Source: Candidatus Saccharimonadia bacterium
Lineage (GTDB): Bacteria; Patescibacteriota; Saccharimonadia; Saccharimonadales; JALRHH01
Assembly (NCBI GenBank): GCA_023253175.1
Contig: JALRHH010000001.1
Span: 492,020 to 556,019 of the forward strand
Length of the DNA stretch: 64,000 nt
Reading direction: 5' to 3'
A program made the position numbers and the translations under genes. The notes below the pieces were generated by a model. The model ran no database searches. It was not told the origin of the DNA and was given only the letters and a program-made list of their open reading frames with translations. Positions 1 to 10,083 of this stretch are shown one piece after another; within the stretch, counting starts at the first letter, position 1; each line of letters opens with the position of its first letter.

Positions 1-1649
1 CTATTTTGAAGTGCACTGTTTGCTAGGTTGCCAACAGCTACAGTTCCCGCTGCCGTCAGGCGACCCTGTGCGTCTACCGTAAAGGTTGGAATTGATGACT
101 GAGCGCCATAACTTCCCGCACTCACCGTTGTGTTGGCAAGATTAAGTGTCTGCGTGCCACCGGCGCCGAGTGTAAACGAGCCGCCACCTGAAAGTCCGGT
201 ACCGGCAGTAATACTAATCTGCGTATTGCCTTGTACGGCTGTATTTGCAGTAGATCCATAGAGCACACTGAGGCCAGGAGTACTACCCTCACCGCTGTTA
301 CCAGAAACAGATAATCCAACGAGACTACCAATCGCGGACACATAATCACCTGTTGTCTGGGCGCCGAGCGTAACTGCATTGTTTTCAATTTCTGAATTAC
401 CAATGGTTGTGCCGAGTGTTACCTGCAGTACGCCGCCGCTATTGGTCAGTCCTGTTCCAACCAGGCTTGTGAATGTCTGACCACCGAATGTGAAACTATC
501 GCCGTTTTCGATGGTGAGGCCACCGTTAAGTGTTGTTGCTCCAGCGACTGTTAGCGTACCAGTTAAGTTTGCGGTCGCATCAATGTCTTGGCCGTTGATA
601 AGTCCTGAGGTAATTGTGCCGCTGGTCGATAGATTACCGGCAGCATTGATCTGGAGCGCATCACCCGTGCCAACCGTAAAGAGCGCCGCTGGTGTCGTAT
701 CCCCAATACCGACATTTCCATTCGCGAGTACAGTCATCTTCTCGGTGCCGTTCGTGATAAACCGTAGCGCGTAGTTGTCGGTTGTGCCCAGCACTGCGTC
801 CTCTCCGAGCGTATTACCCTCATGAGTAAACGCAGTAGTACCGCCGGTAGCCGTCAATGAAACCCAGCTTGTGCCGTTGTATCCCTCAAAATCAGATCCA
901 TTCCAGCGCAGCGTACCCGCAGTCGTACTGGTCGAGCCGCCGAGCGTCAATCCACCCGACAGTGTAGCATTTCCAGTTTTGTCTACCGTGAACACCGTTA
1001 CGCCGTCACCCTGAAGCTGCACAAGACCACCGGCGCCCGTTTGGTTGAAGCGCAGTCCAGCGTTAGTGCTACTGACACTCTGAATTGTACCCGGTGCCTT
1101 CTGTAGCAGGTTATCACCGGTAATTGTGCCGCCGGTAATTGTGAGGCTATCAGCCTGTCCAGACCTCAGTGCGTATGGAACTGCCGTCAGCTTGATACGA
1201 GGCGTCATTTCGCCGTCGCCGTTGACGTTCATCGTCAGCCACTTCTCCTGGGACCAGTCGATACTACCGCTGAATGGCGTAACCACTCCGAGGTTGGCGC
1301 TGAAGTAACCGTTCTTGACCGTGACTGTCTGTGTTTCCGTCCATTCGTTTGTTCCGCCGCTAACAGCATCGTAAAGCTTGAACTGGATGCTGTACGTACC
1401 GTCGTTCACCAAGGCTCCGTTGCTGCTCATCAAGCGGGCCTGGAAGTTCAGGGTACTACTGCTAGCCGCATATACGCGCGCACTCTCGCCCGCGCGCGTA
1501 TATGTATATACAGCTCCTAACAGAGGTGACATGACCAAAACAAAAATAACCCCAAGAACCCATTTCTTGATGGTTCCAGGGGTGTTCGAATTGCGATTTC
1601 CGGATAACGCAAAACGAGACCAAAGCCGGTCAAAACGTTGTTTAATCAC
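1..1649 (-). CDS. Giant fibre/adhesin-like surface protein, N-terminal ~549 codons (3' end lies left of the window)
   Basis: Absent from the ORF track because it is open at the window edge. The minus frame (codon first bases at pos = 2 mod 3) reads without stops wherever I translated it, e.g. 1201-1380 gives KLYDAVSGGTNEWTETQTVTVKNGYFSANLGVVTPFSGSIDWSQEKWLTMNVNGDGEMTP, and 3-59 gives LTAAGTVAVGNLANSALQN. The N-terminus (KKWVLGVIFVLVMSPLLGAVY...STLNFQARLMSSNGALVNDGTYSIQFKLYD) parallels the 2768-aa protein (ATLNFQARLMTSSGNLVPDGNYNIEFKLYN). The possible starts are GTG at 1649, which keeps the TM helix, or ATG at 1533. Confidence 0.7.
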   Translation of the reverse strand, partial: MIKQRFDRLWSRFALSGNRNSNTPGTIKKWVLGVIFVLVMSPLLGAVYTYTRAGESARVYAASSSTLNFQARLMSSNGALVNDGTYSIQFKLYDAVSGGTNEWTETQTVTVKNGYFSANLGVVTPFSGSIDWSQEKWLTMNVNGDGEMTPRIKLTAVPYALRSGQADSLTITGGTITGDNLLQKAPGTIQSVSSTNAGLRFNQTGAGGLVQLQGDGVTVFTVDKTGNATLSGGLTLGGSTSTTAGTLRWNGSDFEGYNGTSWVSLTATGGTTAFTHEGNTLGEDAVLGTTDNYALRFITNGTEKMTVLANGNVGIGDTTPAALFTVGTGDALQINAAGNLSTSGTITSGLINGQDIDATANLTGTLTVAGATTLNGGLTIENGDSFTFGGQTFTSLVGTGLTNSGGVLQVTLGTTIGNSEIENNAVTLGAQTTGDYVSAIGSLVGLSVSGNSGEGSTPGLSVLYGSTANTAVQGNTQISITAGTGLSGGGSFTLGAGGTQTLNLANTTVSAGSYGAQSSIPTFTVDAQGRLTAAGTVAVGNLANSALQN

Positions 1650-1875
1650 GTCTATTTTTGTGTTTGGTTTTAGCTATAACTCGCCTTACCGCCAATAGCT
1701 CCCCGCCGGGATAGCATAAAGGTTAGTTATATCTTTTTGGTTTTGTTTTGAGCTAAGGGCTTATGCAGATTGTCCTATCAGTCACCGACTAGAACGATAT
1801 GCGTAAGTTCCTTTTACCTCTGCTAAGATCTGGCATTTTTGTTTTGTTGTTTTTATTTTTGTCAGATCTGTCCAC

Positions 1876-1904
1876 ATTTTACCCCTGTTCCGTATCTGAT
1901 GTAA
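1876..1904 (-). promoter_or_regulatory. Candidate sigma70-type promoter for the 1..1649 gene (TTACAT-N17-TAAAAT)
   Basis: Minus-sense TTACAT (1904..1899), a 17-nt spacer containing AACAGGGG, then TAAAAT (1881..1876). This implies a ~220-nt leader. Confidence 0.35.
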
Positions 1905-2029
1905 ATAGTAATGTTTACTATTCCTGTGCATAACTCCCACATCACCGTATCCCAACCGATCTTACAAAAGAAAGTAACCTGCTAAATAGTATTTTCATAC
2001 TAGCCGTATAATACTATTTACCTCTGTTA

Positions 2030-2803
2030 CTACTGCAAAGAGGTTATATATTCAGCCCAGTCATGGTCGTCGATTTTTTTCGCCGACTGAATGAACACCA
2101 GTAGATCTTTTTTGCTAAAGATGACGGTTTGCGGACCCTTTTCTGATGTACCGATATAGGCCGTAGGATTTGCCGTAGCTATCGTCTTTGTCGCGCTAAA
2201 CTCCTCTGCCATCTTCTTTACCTTTGCATCCGTATCTTGCTTAAATCCTTCAGGAAGTGGTTGCTGACTAATTGTGATTGCCACCCCGCCTATAGAATCC
2301 CTATAGTTAACAACTTTCCGCTGGGAATCAAACCTGACCGCACCTTCCAGTCCTTCGCTATTTCCCTTCGGCAAAGAATAGGCAAAATCGGCTTTTTGAT
2401 CCGTGTCAGCAAGCACCCCAGGCTTGTCAGAAGTCTTACCTGAATCTTTTGTGACGAGTAATGTCGTTACAGCACCCGAAACCAGAATAACTCCGACAAT
2501 GCCACTAATTGCCCACTTTTTGCGGGCTACGAGTGCCCGGGGAATACTAAACGAAGGCTTCTTAAACTTAATCCTTGGGATCGAGATATTAATCGATACT
2601 GTTGCGGAGTCCTTTTGGTCCTTCTTTTCAGTCGAAACCGCTAGTGGTTGCCCTGGACGCCTCACGACAGGCCTCGAGGCCTCCTGAACAGCCTTGGCAC
2701 GCATCTTGCCGCGAATAGACGCCGGCACAGGGTCATCAGCAAGCCAATCAACCCAATCCTGTTTGTCCTTATCGGACCTAAATCGCCCCAAATCAAACCC
2801 CAT
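2030..2803 (-). CDS. Hypothetical single-pass membrane protein (257 aa)
   Basis: ATG start at 2803 and TAG stop. One central hydrophobic helix (AISGIVGVILVSGAVTTLLV). It lies 36 nt downstream of the preceding ORF on the same strand, with a weak SD (AGGTG). No recognisable family. Confidence 0.55.
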   Translation of the reverse strand: MGFDLGRFRSDKDKQDWVDWLADDPVPASIRGKMRAKAVQEASRPVVRRPGQPLAVSTEKKDQKDSATVSINISIPRIKFKKPSFSIPRALVARKKWAISGIVGVILVSGAVTTLLVTKDSGKTSDKPGVLADTDQKADFAYSLPKGNSEGLEGAVRFDSQRKVVNYRDSIGGVAITISQQPLPEGFKQDTDAKVKKMAEEFSATKTIATANPTAYIGTSEKGPQTVIFSKKDLLVFIQSAKKIDDHDWAEYITSLQ

Positions 2804-2839
2804 AATTACACCTATTGTACCAGACGTAGTCTCTAGCGT

Positions 2840-3718
2840 TTAACTAGGACGACGAATCAGCGGCTCACCCGGTCTATCTGGGTATTTATATTCAAGCAGC
2901 GACCAATACGCAAGTAAGGTCGTATGACCTATAGCATCACGGGCAGTCCGATCAACCCAACTACCATTATCCTCTTGATCCGCTGTAATTCGCGTAATCC
3001 AATCTACATCAACTAAGTCATGTCTACCAGCAAGCATAAGAAAAGCAACTGACTCATACCACAGATCTCTTGGAGTGTTAACATCTTGCGCTAGTTCACG
3101 TACAGATTCAATCGCCCGGGCCTTTATATCCATAGCAATGGGCGGCATAGAACATTGATTATCTTTCATAAATTCAAACATTAGAATCACATGAGTGGCA
3201 TGGTACCCACCCATATTCACATTCTGTTGTACCTTCTGCCAAAAATCCTTAGGCAGTGACATGTGGTCGCAGTTAGCGCCATAAATATTGGTATAGTTAA
3301 TCTCGCTCACTTCTCCTGCGGGTAGTCGGTCAACCAGTTTATCGGGATAAGCAATTCGGGCCATCAAGTTAATCTCTTGAGGATAGCGAGGAGAATCTTC
3401 GGCAAGCCCAATTGGCAGACTTTCAACATTTAATTCTTTCGTCCTATCAAACTTACGCTGTAGATAAGATACGAACAGTCTTTCGGCAGGCTTTATAGTA
3501 CTGGCATTTGTGACTAGATATTGCTCTGCAAAGTTAATCGCCTTCTCCTCTGACGATAGTTTTGCCCGAGCCTCACTATAGGCTTGCTCCGCTCGACCTT
3601 TATCCCGGCTCTCCGTATAGGTAGCCAGCAGAAATGGAACAGTGGCCAACAGAACATACAAACCAAAAACAGCAACTATAAATAGTACTATTATCCTTTT
3701 AGTGAGTAAAAAATTCAT
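2840..3718 (-). CDS. Hypothetical N-terminally anchored protein (~292 aa), helical, with a DNGSW motif
   Basis: The ORF track starts at GTG 3733. ATG 3718 lies 2 nt after the TAA (3723..3721) of the Kelch gene, giving TAA-TT-ATG coupling. N-terminal TM (IIVLFIVAVFGLYVLLATVPFLL). The C-terminal part contains ADQEDNGSWVD, loosely like alpha/alpha-toroid (prenyltransferase/terpene-cyclase) repeats. Confidence 0.55.
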   Translation of the reverse strand: MNFLLTKRIIVLFIVAVFGLYVLLATVPFLLATYTESRDKGRAEQAYSEARAKLSSEEKAINFAEQYLVTNASTIKPAERLFVSYLQRKFDRTKELNVESLPIGLAEDSPRYPQEINLMARIAYPDKLVDRLPAGEVSEINYTNIYGANCDHMSLPKDFWQKVQQNVNMGGYHATHVILMFEFMKDNQCSMPPIAMDIKARAIESVRELAQDVNTPRDLWYESVAFLMLAGRHDLVDVDWITRITADQEDNGSWVDRTARDAIGHTTLLAYWSLLEYKYPDRPGEPLIRRPS

Positions 3719-3720
3719 AA

Positions 3721-6700
3721 TTACGGCAGACACCCTGATGCTGATGGATTACCGCTAACGAGTGGGTTACTCTGTCGACACTGCGTATCAAGTGGTTGCT
3801 GTTGGCCTTCTACGAACGCCTTTCCATGAAGCAAGCGCTGACCAGGGTTGCTCTGGAAGAACAGTGTAAAGTTATCTAGCGTTGGGCCGCGGCTAATGTC
3901 GTCAGGATAGCCGTATGTCCTGGATGCATCGATACTAATAGTACTAAAGAAGTATCTGGAACATCCAATGTCAGCACCGGACCCATCCCTCACCGTATAC
4001 TTACTAGGTGTGCCGAGTGTCACGTCACCAAAGGTTGTTAGTTGACCGTATGCAGTCATAGCCCCACCTGTACCACAGGTCGTAGCGGCCGTTGGGTCGT
4101 TCATACTCCTGTATGCATATTGCCAACGTGCACCAATTGAGTTGTCAATACCATTCATCAACCATGATGTTGGAAACACGTCTTTACCGGCATCAATAAG
4201 CCGAGAATAGCTTGCAACCTGCGGCTGCGAAAGTACTGACGTATACTGCACTCGCTTTGATCCGGTATACAGCAGTGTCGTATTGCCGTTAGCGATGATG
4301 GAAACATCCTCAAGCGCAAAACTGTCATTCGCACCAGAGCCGCTAAAGACATACCACCTAAAACCAGTAGCGCCTGCGGGCGCAGTCACTGAATAGTATC
4401 TCAATGGATCGTTTGAATTATATGTATATGATCCCAAAGCATTCCATACACCCCCACATGCACCGGTACAGTACTCGATTCTTATTACATCCGCAGCCGA
4501 AAGCAGCGCCGCGGCCTCTCCCCTATAACAGGTGCCCCCACCAGTGTTTATGTCGGCCAACGGCATGTAAAGCTTAAAGTTAACAGTTCCACCAGAAGGC
4601 ATAGAGACAAGCTTGGTCGTTGCCATTCCACCAGAGGATCCACCTACAGTACCACTAAGCGTGCGAGATGCAGATATTGACTGGCATCTATAGTCTGCAG
4701 CCATGTTAGAAATGGACGTCCATTCCGCTGCGTTATAATAAGGCGCACTTGCTCCATCAAAGTCGTCACGCATAACCACTCCTTCGCATGCTCCACCAAG
4801 TACATAGGACTTCCCGTCCGCATATGCCACCGCCGCACCGAATCTACCGGTATCGTATTTACGGTTTGTCTCATACCACTCGCCAACACCCGTTGGATTA
4901 TTTCCACTGACAATGGTAGTGTTTGCGCTTATTGGCGCAGCTAGTGTTCTTGGCGTACAATCTGCACCACTCGTCCTACCACCCACCAGGTACATATACC
5001 CATTAACCGCGAATCCATCGGCATCCGCAACTGAAACTGGCAAATTAGTCGTATAGTTCCACGAGCCTATTGTTCCATCGGTATTTATCTTGGCATATTG
5101 TACGTCGCTAAGGTATCTTGAACCAGTATAGCCTCCAAGAATATACAAGTTATTAGCATACGCTATAGCGGTTGCTCCCGCACGCCCTACGTTTAGCGCA
5201 GTAAGCGCGCTAGCATTCCAGGTGACAGGACTTGAGGCAGTCAGGGTATTGGACATATACACCTCCGTCCTGGCGACATTTGATCCGTCATATCCAGCGA
5301 GTATGTAAATTCGATCGTTCCACACGGCTGCAGAAAGGCGCTTCCTGCTTGCCGGCATGACCAAGTTGCCACTGCTTCCTGACAACGCGAACGTCGGATC
5401 TCCATTCACTATACTGGTCGTATAGTAAGTTCTATCCGAGGCTGCACCGAGATAATCTTGGCCACCTACCCAGTACAGCGTATTTTTAGCCGCAAGTAGT
5501 TTACCCCAAACTCTACCGGGATTTGCGCCTGAGGCAATTCCCGCGTTACTACTCGTTGTCCAAGTTCCAACCTCGCCATAAGCATTCAGAGGTGCGTAGG
5601 CAACGGTGTCTGTGGGCGTCGCCCCATCAGTGGTACCAGTTGATCCGGCGGCCATATACAAATACCCATTCAGTACTGCAGCGCTAGCCCCAAGTCTGTC
5701 AGTGCCAAAAAGATTAGCAGAAACATTGTATTTTGCCGGAACACCACTGTTATTGTTATACAACTGGAATGTCTGGACCGTACTGTCTAACGTATTACAG
5801 GTCGGACTCTGCCCCACCTTACACCCGCCTAGTACATATGCGTATGAGTTAGACACAATCATACCAAGACCCCAGCGCTGATTAATTGTTACAGCCGAAC
5901 GTTTAAACAAATACGTTCCTGGGCTACCCGGCTTGGCAGTACTACTCGTCAAACTACCATCGCTCACGTTAATTTTTACAAACTCAATACTATCAAGCGG
6001 CTGCTCAATCGTGGCTTCAAATCCACCGACTGCATAGAGGTATCCGTTGTAGCCGAATGCCGTGCCTCGTCGCCTACCATTATTCATCTCAACATTTGAC
6101 TGAGTCCAGGCACCGCCCGACACAGCCACGACGTTATTACTATTATCAAACTTCGCATACCGAACAGTCTTGAGGTCAGCCGTCGTTGCACCATCTGCAA
6201 CTCCTCCAATTAAATAGATGTAGTTCGCATAAACTGCACCCGCATGGATACCCAGTCCTGGGTTACTCGCATTAGGTATCGTCCCTATGGGAAGCTGTCC
6301 GGAGGTAGTGCAGCCATCAGTCGCGCCGGTGCCAAGAGCGCCGGTGGTAGAAATCTTACATTTATATACAGCCTGAGAATAATTATTACCCGAAGTACAG
6401 CCGGCGCCAGATGCCGGAGATGTACAACCACCAAACATATATAGGTTACCGGGATACGTCGCATCCGTTGGGTTAGCACGTGAATATGCGTAGGTGTACG
6501 ATAGTGAAACTGCATTTAAGTTAGTTCCTCCTGACAATTGCTGACCCTGCCAGCTGCCCGTCAAGCTGCCATCTGTATTTACCGTGTTCCTAAAGATTGC
6601 ATTTTTGGCAGCAGATCCGTTTTGGCCACCAACTAAATAAATCGTTCCATTAAACACAGTTGGCGAGGCAGCACCAATACCACCCGTACCAAGCCCAGCG

Positions 6701-9700
6701 GTAACAGCATCAGTACACCATGCACCCGACAGGGTGCCAGAACAGCTCGGAGGAGTCTTAAGCCGTCCCGTACTATCTATTGAAGTATAAGACGTATCTG
6801 TACTCATTGTTGTACAAGCAGCGGAGGTACAACCACCAATTACATACAAGAATCCGTTCAAAACTACCGTTGAAGCAAGAGCTTGCCCTCCACCCGAGGG
6901 GAGGTCACAGTCATACGGATCATCACCCTGGCAGCTACCACTACCAGAAGCTGTGGAGATACTCACAGTCGAGGCGTCTCCGTCCTGATTAATCGTCCCA
7001 TAATCACTCGTTATATGTGAAGCAACACAGTCACCACTTGACGTATCCTGCAGCGAACAGCCACCAAACCTATATAAATTATTCTGCCATGCAATAAACG
7101 AGTGTCCGAATCTCTGATTCCTTAGACCAAGCATAGTGCCCCATGCATCCAATGTACCATCTGCGTTTATACTTGCAAGCTGCACATCACTTGCAATCGA
7201 GCTACAGTATTGCTGCGCCGTAAACGCAGTACATCCACCCGACAAATAGATGTACCCACCCCATACGCCAGTCATGACACCGCCCCCGGAGGCGCGAGGG
7301 GTCGCGAAACCGGTCTGGCTACCATCGGCGGCGGCGTGGCGCCAAGCACCCAACGAACCATTTGCGTCAATTTTGCTGTAATATACGACCCCTGTTGAAT
7401 TGACTGAGTTAATAGCGCTGTTCGTATGCCCCCCGAGAATATATAGATAGCCATTATAAGCCTGCGCGGAAGCCCCCGACATCGCAGATGGCAGAGTTAC
7501 GCTAGAGCTCCAGGAACCAAGTGTTCCGTTGGGGATGATGTCAGCAATATGCGTCGTGTCCAAGGCACCACTGCTGTATGTCGTTGGAGTCGTATCACCA
7601 CCCATCAAATACATTTTCCCGTTGTATGCATATACCGAATGATACGCGCGAGCCGAAGGCAAAGTAGTCGTTGGATACCAATATACCCAGTTAGCCTGGG
7701 TGCTACTTGTGGGGTGCCACAAACTTGGCTCTCCGTTTACGCCAAGCTTTGCAACGTAAATAGTATCAGTTGTCGCCCCCGCAGTAGTTACGCCGCCGAT
7801 TGCATAAAGATATCCATTATATGCAATAAGTGAACCGCTGCGTGTACCTGCACCGGCTGGAAGATCATATGCAGAATTTGTGCACCAACCCGAACATGCG
7901 ACGCCGTCACTACCTGGTGCGGGGCTACTGATAGAACCGTCCACGGTATTAAACCTCGCCCACTCTAAGCTTGATCCAGCCGTCGTCGTACCAGCATTGC
8001 CGTAAATTGCAATTGTTGAAGCACCATAGGCACCACTAATATTTGCACTGGCCGGTATAGAAGCAGTACCAATTGGCGATCCCGAAGCTGGAGGCGAATC
8101 AAGTGCGCTCGCCACAAGTCCTACTCCACTTGTTCCGCCACTATATACGCCAGTCACGTCAGAATAACCTGCTGGTGAATACTGATTACCTGGAGGAATT
8201 GCATCATTTACTGCAGCGGATCTAAGAATAAGCGCGCCTACATTCGTAGGAGTTACGGACGGGTACGAAGGGATGCCTGAGGTAGCCGATGACTGCGCAC
8301 TAATTAGTTGAGGCAACCCCCCACTTACTGCAAAACCCTTAATTCTTAGTACAGTCCCGCTCCACTGAACAGCGTTACCTGCCTTAGTCCATACATACGA
8401 GGCACCCTCTGTCCCTCCGGCCGCGTTATATCTGTAATACGCAGAATATTCACGGGTAGAAACGTTCTGAATAAGTGTCCAGCCACCTGGCGCTGTTATC
8501 GTGTTCGTACCATTTACATCATTAGCTATTATGGCGATATACAGATCGCCCGTTGGACGCGTTGCAGGCATATTCACCGTAAAGCTATTTGAGGTTACTG
8601 GGGTAGTAGTGCCCGACGGTGGCGTACCAAGATTACTGGAAGTAGTGCTAACAATCCGGGGCATTGTCCTGCCATTAACAGAGCCGCCAGCCCGGTACAC
8701 ATACCCATTCGCCGCTGCCATAGACTGATTCCATGCAGAACTGCTCATATCCGTAGAGTTCGTCCATCGGTCAATACGAGCACCGGTCGTAGCGCCTTTC
8801 TTAAACTGTTCAGTGGCAACATCAAATTCAACATTCGTTTCGTTATTTCCGCGCATAAGTTGAACCGCACTCTCAACGTACACACTCGGGTCAATCGAAA
8901 GTGGATACTGCGCCTGACTCAAACCCTCCGCGATCAATGTCAGTTTGTTGCCATCCTTAAGTTCAAACCAGGAGTTAACCACAGAGCCCTCCTTACCAGA
9001 CTCAACCACCACGGGCTTTGGGATAACGAACATGAGCTTGTTCTTCTCCGCACTTTGACGTGCCTTTTGTAGCAGCTCAGCATCCTTTTCGGATGCAGTT
9101 GATACATTGCCGTTAATTGGCAGACTTGCCCCATAGACACCAATTGAGCCATTTTTCTCCAACCGCGCTTCCAGTCCATTAGCGAGATCAAGATCATATT
9201 CAAAACTCATCCGATCTTCTACAAACTTTTCGAGCACTATATCTTCCTTGATGGATGCCGTTTGTGCCGTATAGACCAAATAGCCAACACTCTTGCCAGT
9301 CAACGGATAGAACACTTGGTTCTGATCTTGCTTGCCTGCATTAACCTTAAATTTTGGCGTTAATTTAAAAGATACCTGACTCTGGGTATCTTCAATGCTT
9401 ACGCCCTTACTTGCTTCTTTGCCTATATCGGCCGTAATACGAGGCTCTCCCTGGCCAAGTTTTGATGATGCATCGTTACCTGGCCCCGTATAGCCATCGT
9501 TATATAAAAACTTGGACTCCTTGTCGTTGTACTTCAAGTACGCCCCAAGATGTGCCTTCGGTTCTGGCAAAACCGCCCTTACTGATTCAGTTACCCCGTA
9601 TAATTTGTCATTCAAAAATGGCTGAATAATTGCTGCCGCAGTAGAAAAAATAAACAAAGCCAGAATCAACAACACGTAGACGCGATTTCTGAGCCGACTA

Positions 9701-9906
9701 TTAGGCCACTTAGCGAATTTTGTCTTCTTGAACTTATTCCACAATGAGTCTTTGCGGTTCGATGCTACCTTTCCTATAGACCTAACAAGCCAGTATTTTT
9801 CACCCTGGTGACGAGACTTTGCATGATGGGCAGATTGACGGCCAGAAGAGGATCGATGATGCGATCCATTAGCGTAGTGCCCCCTACCCGATTTCATGTT
9901 GTCCAT
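3721..9906 (-). CDS. Giant Kelch-repeat beta-propeller surface protein (2061 aa)
   Basis: ATG at 9906. N-terminal TM (VYVLLILALFIFSTAAAIIQPFL). About 18 Kelch-like blades of the pattern aYNGYlYxxGG...W (AYNGYLYAIGG, AYNGKMYLMGG, AYNGYLYILGG, GYNGYLYAVGG and others). A C-terminal MAM/galactose-binding-like segment ends in FALEDVSI. The N-terminal module ends in YPLSIDPSVYV, shared with the 1588-aa paralogue. Confidence 0.85.
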   Translation of the reverse strand: MDNMKSGRGHYANGSHHRSSSGRQSAHHAKSRHQGEKYWLVRSIGKVASNRKDSLWNKFKKTKFAKWPNSRLRNRVYVLLILALFIFSTAAAIIQPFLNDKLYGVTESVRAVLPEPKAHLGAYLKYNDKESKFLYNDGYTGPGNDASSKLGQGEPRITADIGKEASKGVSIEDTQSQVSFKLTPKFKVNAGKQDQNQVFYPLTGKSVGYLVYTAQTASIKEDIVLEKFVEDRMSFEYDLDLANGLEARLEKNGSIGVYGASLPINGNVSTASEKDAELLQKARQSAEKNKLMFVIPKPVVVESGKEGSVVNSWFELKDGNKLTLIAEGLSQAQYPLSIDPSVYVESAVQLMRGNNETNVEFDVATEQFKKGATTGARIDRWTNSTDMSSSAWNQSMAAANGYVYRAGGSVNGRTMPRIVSTTSSNLGTPPSGTTTPVTSNSFTVNMPATRPTGDLYIAIIANDVNGTNTITAPGGWTLIQNVSTREYSAYYRYNAAGGTEGASYVWTKAGNAVQWSGTVLRIKGFAVSGGLPQLISAQSSATSGIPSYPSVTPTNVGALILRSAAVNDAIPPGNQYSPAGYSDVTGVYSGGTSGVGLVASALDSPPASGSPIGTASIPASANISGAYGASTIAIYGNAGTTTAGSSLEWARFNTVDGSISSPAPGSDGVACSGWCTNSAYDLPAGAGTRSGSLIAYNGYLYAIGGVTTAGATTDTIYVAKLGVNGEPSLWHPTSSTQANWVYWYPTTTLPSARAYHSVYAYNGKMYLMGGDTTPTTYSSGALDTTHIADIIPNGTLGSWSSSVTLPSAMSGASAQAYNGYLYILGGHTNSAINSVNSTGVVYYSKIDANGSLGAWRHAAADGSQTGFATPRASGGGVMTGVWGGYIYLSGGCTAFTAQQYCSSIASDVQLASINADGTLDAWGTMLGLRNQRFGHSFIAWQNNLYRFGGCSLQDTSSGDCVASHITSDYGTINQDGDASTVSISTASGSGSCQGDDPYDCDLPSGGGQALASTVVLNGFLYVIGGCTSAACTTMSTDTSYTSIDSTGRLKTPPSCSGTLSGAWCTDAVTAGLGTGGIGAASPTVFNGTIYLVGGQNGSAAKNAIFRNTVNTDGSLTGSWQGQQLSGGTNLNAVSLSYTYAYSRANPTDATYPGNLYMFGGCTSPASGAGCTSGNNYSQAVYKCKISTTGALGTGATDGCTTSGQLPIGTIPNASNPGLGIHAGAVYANYIYLIGGVADGATTADLKTVRYAKFDNSNNVVAVSGGAWTQSNVEMNNGRRRGTAFGYNGYLYAVGGFEATIEQPLDSIEFVKINVSDGSLTSSTAKPGSPGTYLFKRSAVTINQRWGLGMIVSNSYAYVLGGCKVGQSPTCNTLDSTVQTFQLYNNNSGVPAKYNVSANLFGTDRLGASAAVLNGYLYMAAGSTGTTDGATPTDTVAYAPLNAYGEVGTWTTSSNAGIASGANPGRVWGKLLAAKNTLYWVGGQDYLGAASDRTYYTTSIVNGDPTFALSGSSGNLVMPASRKRLSAAVWNDRIYILAGYDGSNVARTEVYMSNTLTASSPVTWNASALTALNVGRAGATAIAYANNLYILGGYTGSRYLSDVQYAKINTDGTIGSWNYTTNLPVSVADADGFAVNGYMYLVGGRTSGADCTPRTLAAPISANTTIVSGNNPTGVGEWYETNRKYDTGRFGAAVAYADGKSYVLGGACEGVVMRDDFDGASAPYYNAAEWTSISNMAADYRCQSISASRTLSGTVGGSSGGMATTKLVSMPSGGTVNFKLYMPLADINTGGGTCYRGEAAALLSAADVIRIEYCTGACGGVWNALGSYTYNSNDPLRYYSVTAPAGATGFRWYVFSGSGANDSFALEDVSIIANGNTTLLYTGSKRVQYTSVLSQPQVASYSRLIDAGKDVFPTSWLMNGIDNSIGARWQYAYRSMNDPTAATTCGTGGAMTAYGQLTTFGDVTLGTPSKYTVRDGSGADIGCSRYFFSTISIDASRTYGYPDDISRGPTLDNFTLFFQSNPGQRLLHGKAFVEGQQQPLDTQCRQSNPLVSGNPSASGCLP

Positions 9907-9963
9907 ATATGTTTGTATCTACCCTCGAAACCCCACGCTCACCGAAGAATTTCTTATGCTTTA

Positions 9964-9992
9964 ATTCTACACTTATCCGCCCCTGTTTACAA
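9964..9992 (-). promoter_or_regulatory. Candidate promoter of the 2061-aa Kelch gene (TTGTAA-N17-TAGAAT)
   Basis: Minus-sense TTGTAA (9992..9987), a 17-nt spacer ACAGGGGCGGATAAGTG, then TAGAAT (9969..9964). It lies ~55 nt upstream of ATG 9906 and downstream of the terminator at 10051..10083. Confidence 0.4.
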
Positions 9993-10050
9993 AGCATTTT
10001 AATGCCTTACTTACTGAAGCTGTGGATCGGCTGAAGCCTAGGCTTGAATA

Positions 10051-10083
10051 CAAAAACAAAAGCGAGGTGGGATAGTCCTCGCT
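10051..10083 (-). terminator. Rho-independent terminator after the 2768-aa gene
   Basis: Minus-sense AGCGAGG-ACTATCCCA-CCTCGCT followed by TTTGTTTTTG. Perfect 7-bp GC-rich stem (10061..10067 / 10077..10083). Confidence 0.6.

Noticed and set aside
1576-1600. GGTGTTCGAATTGCG, a tRNA T-loop-like GTTCGAAT
   Set aside because: There is no complementary T-stem or acceptor stem, and it lies inside the N-terminal coding region of the partial fibre gene.
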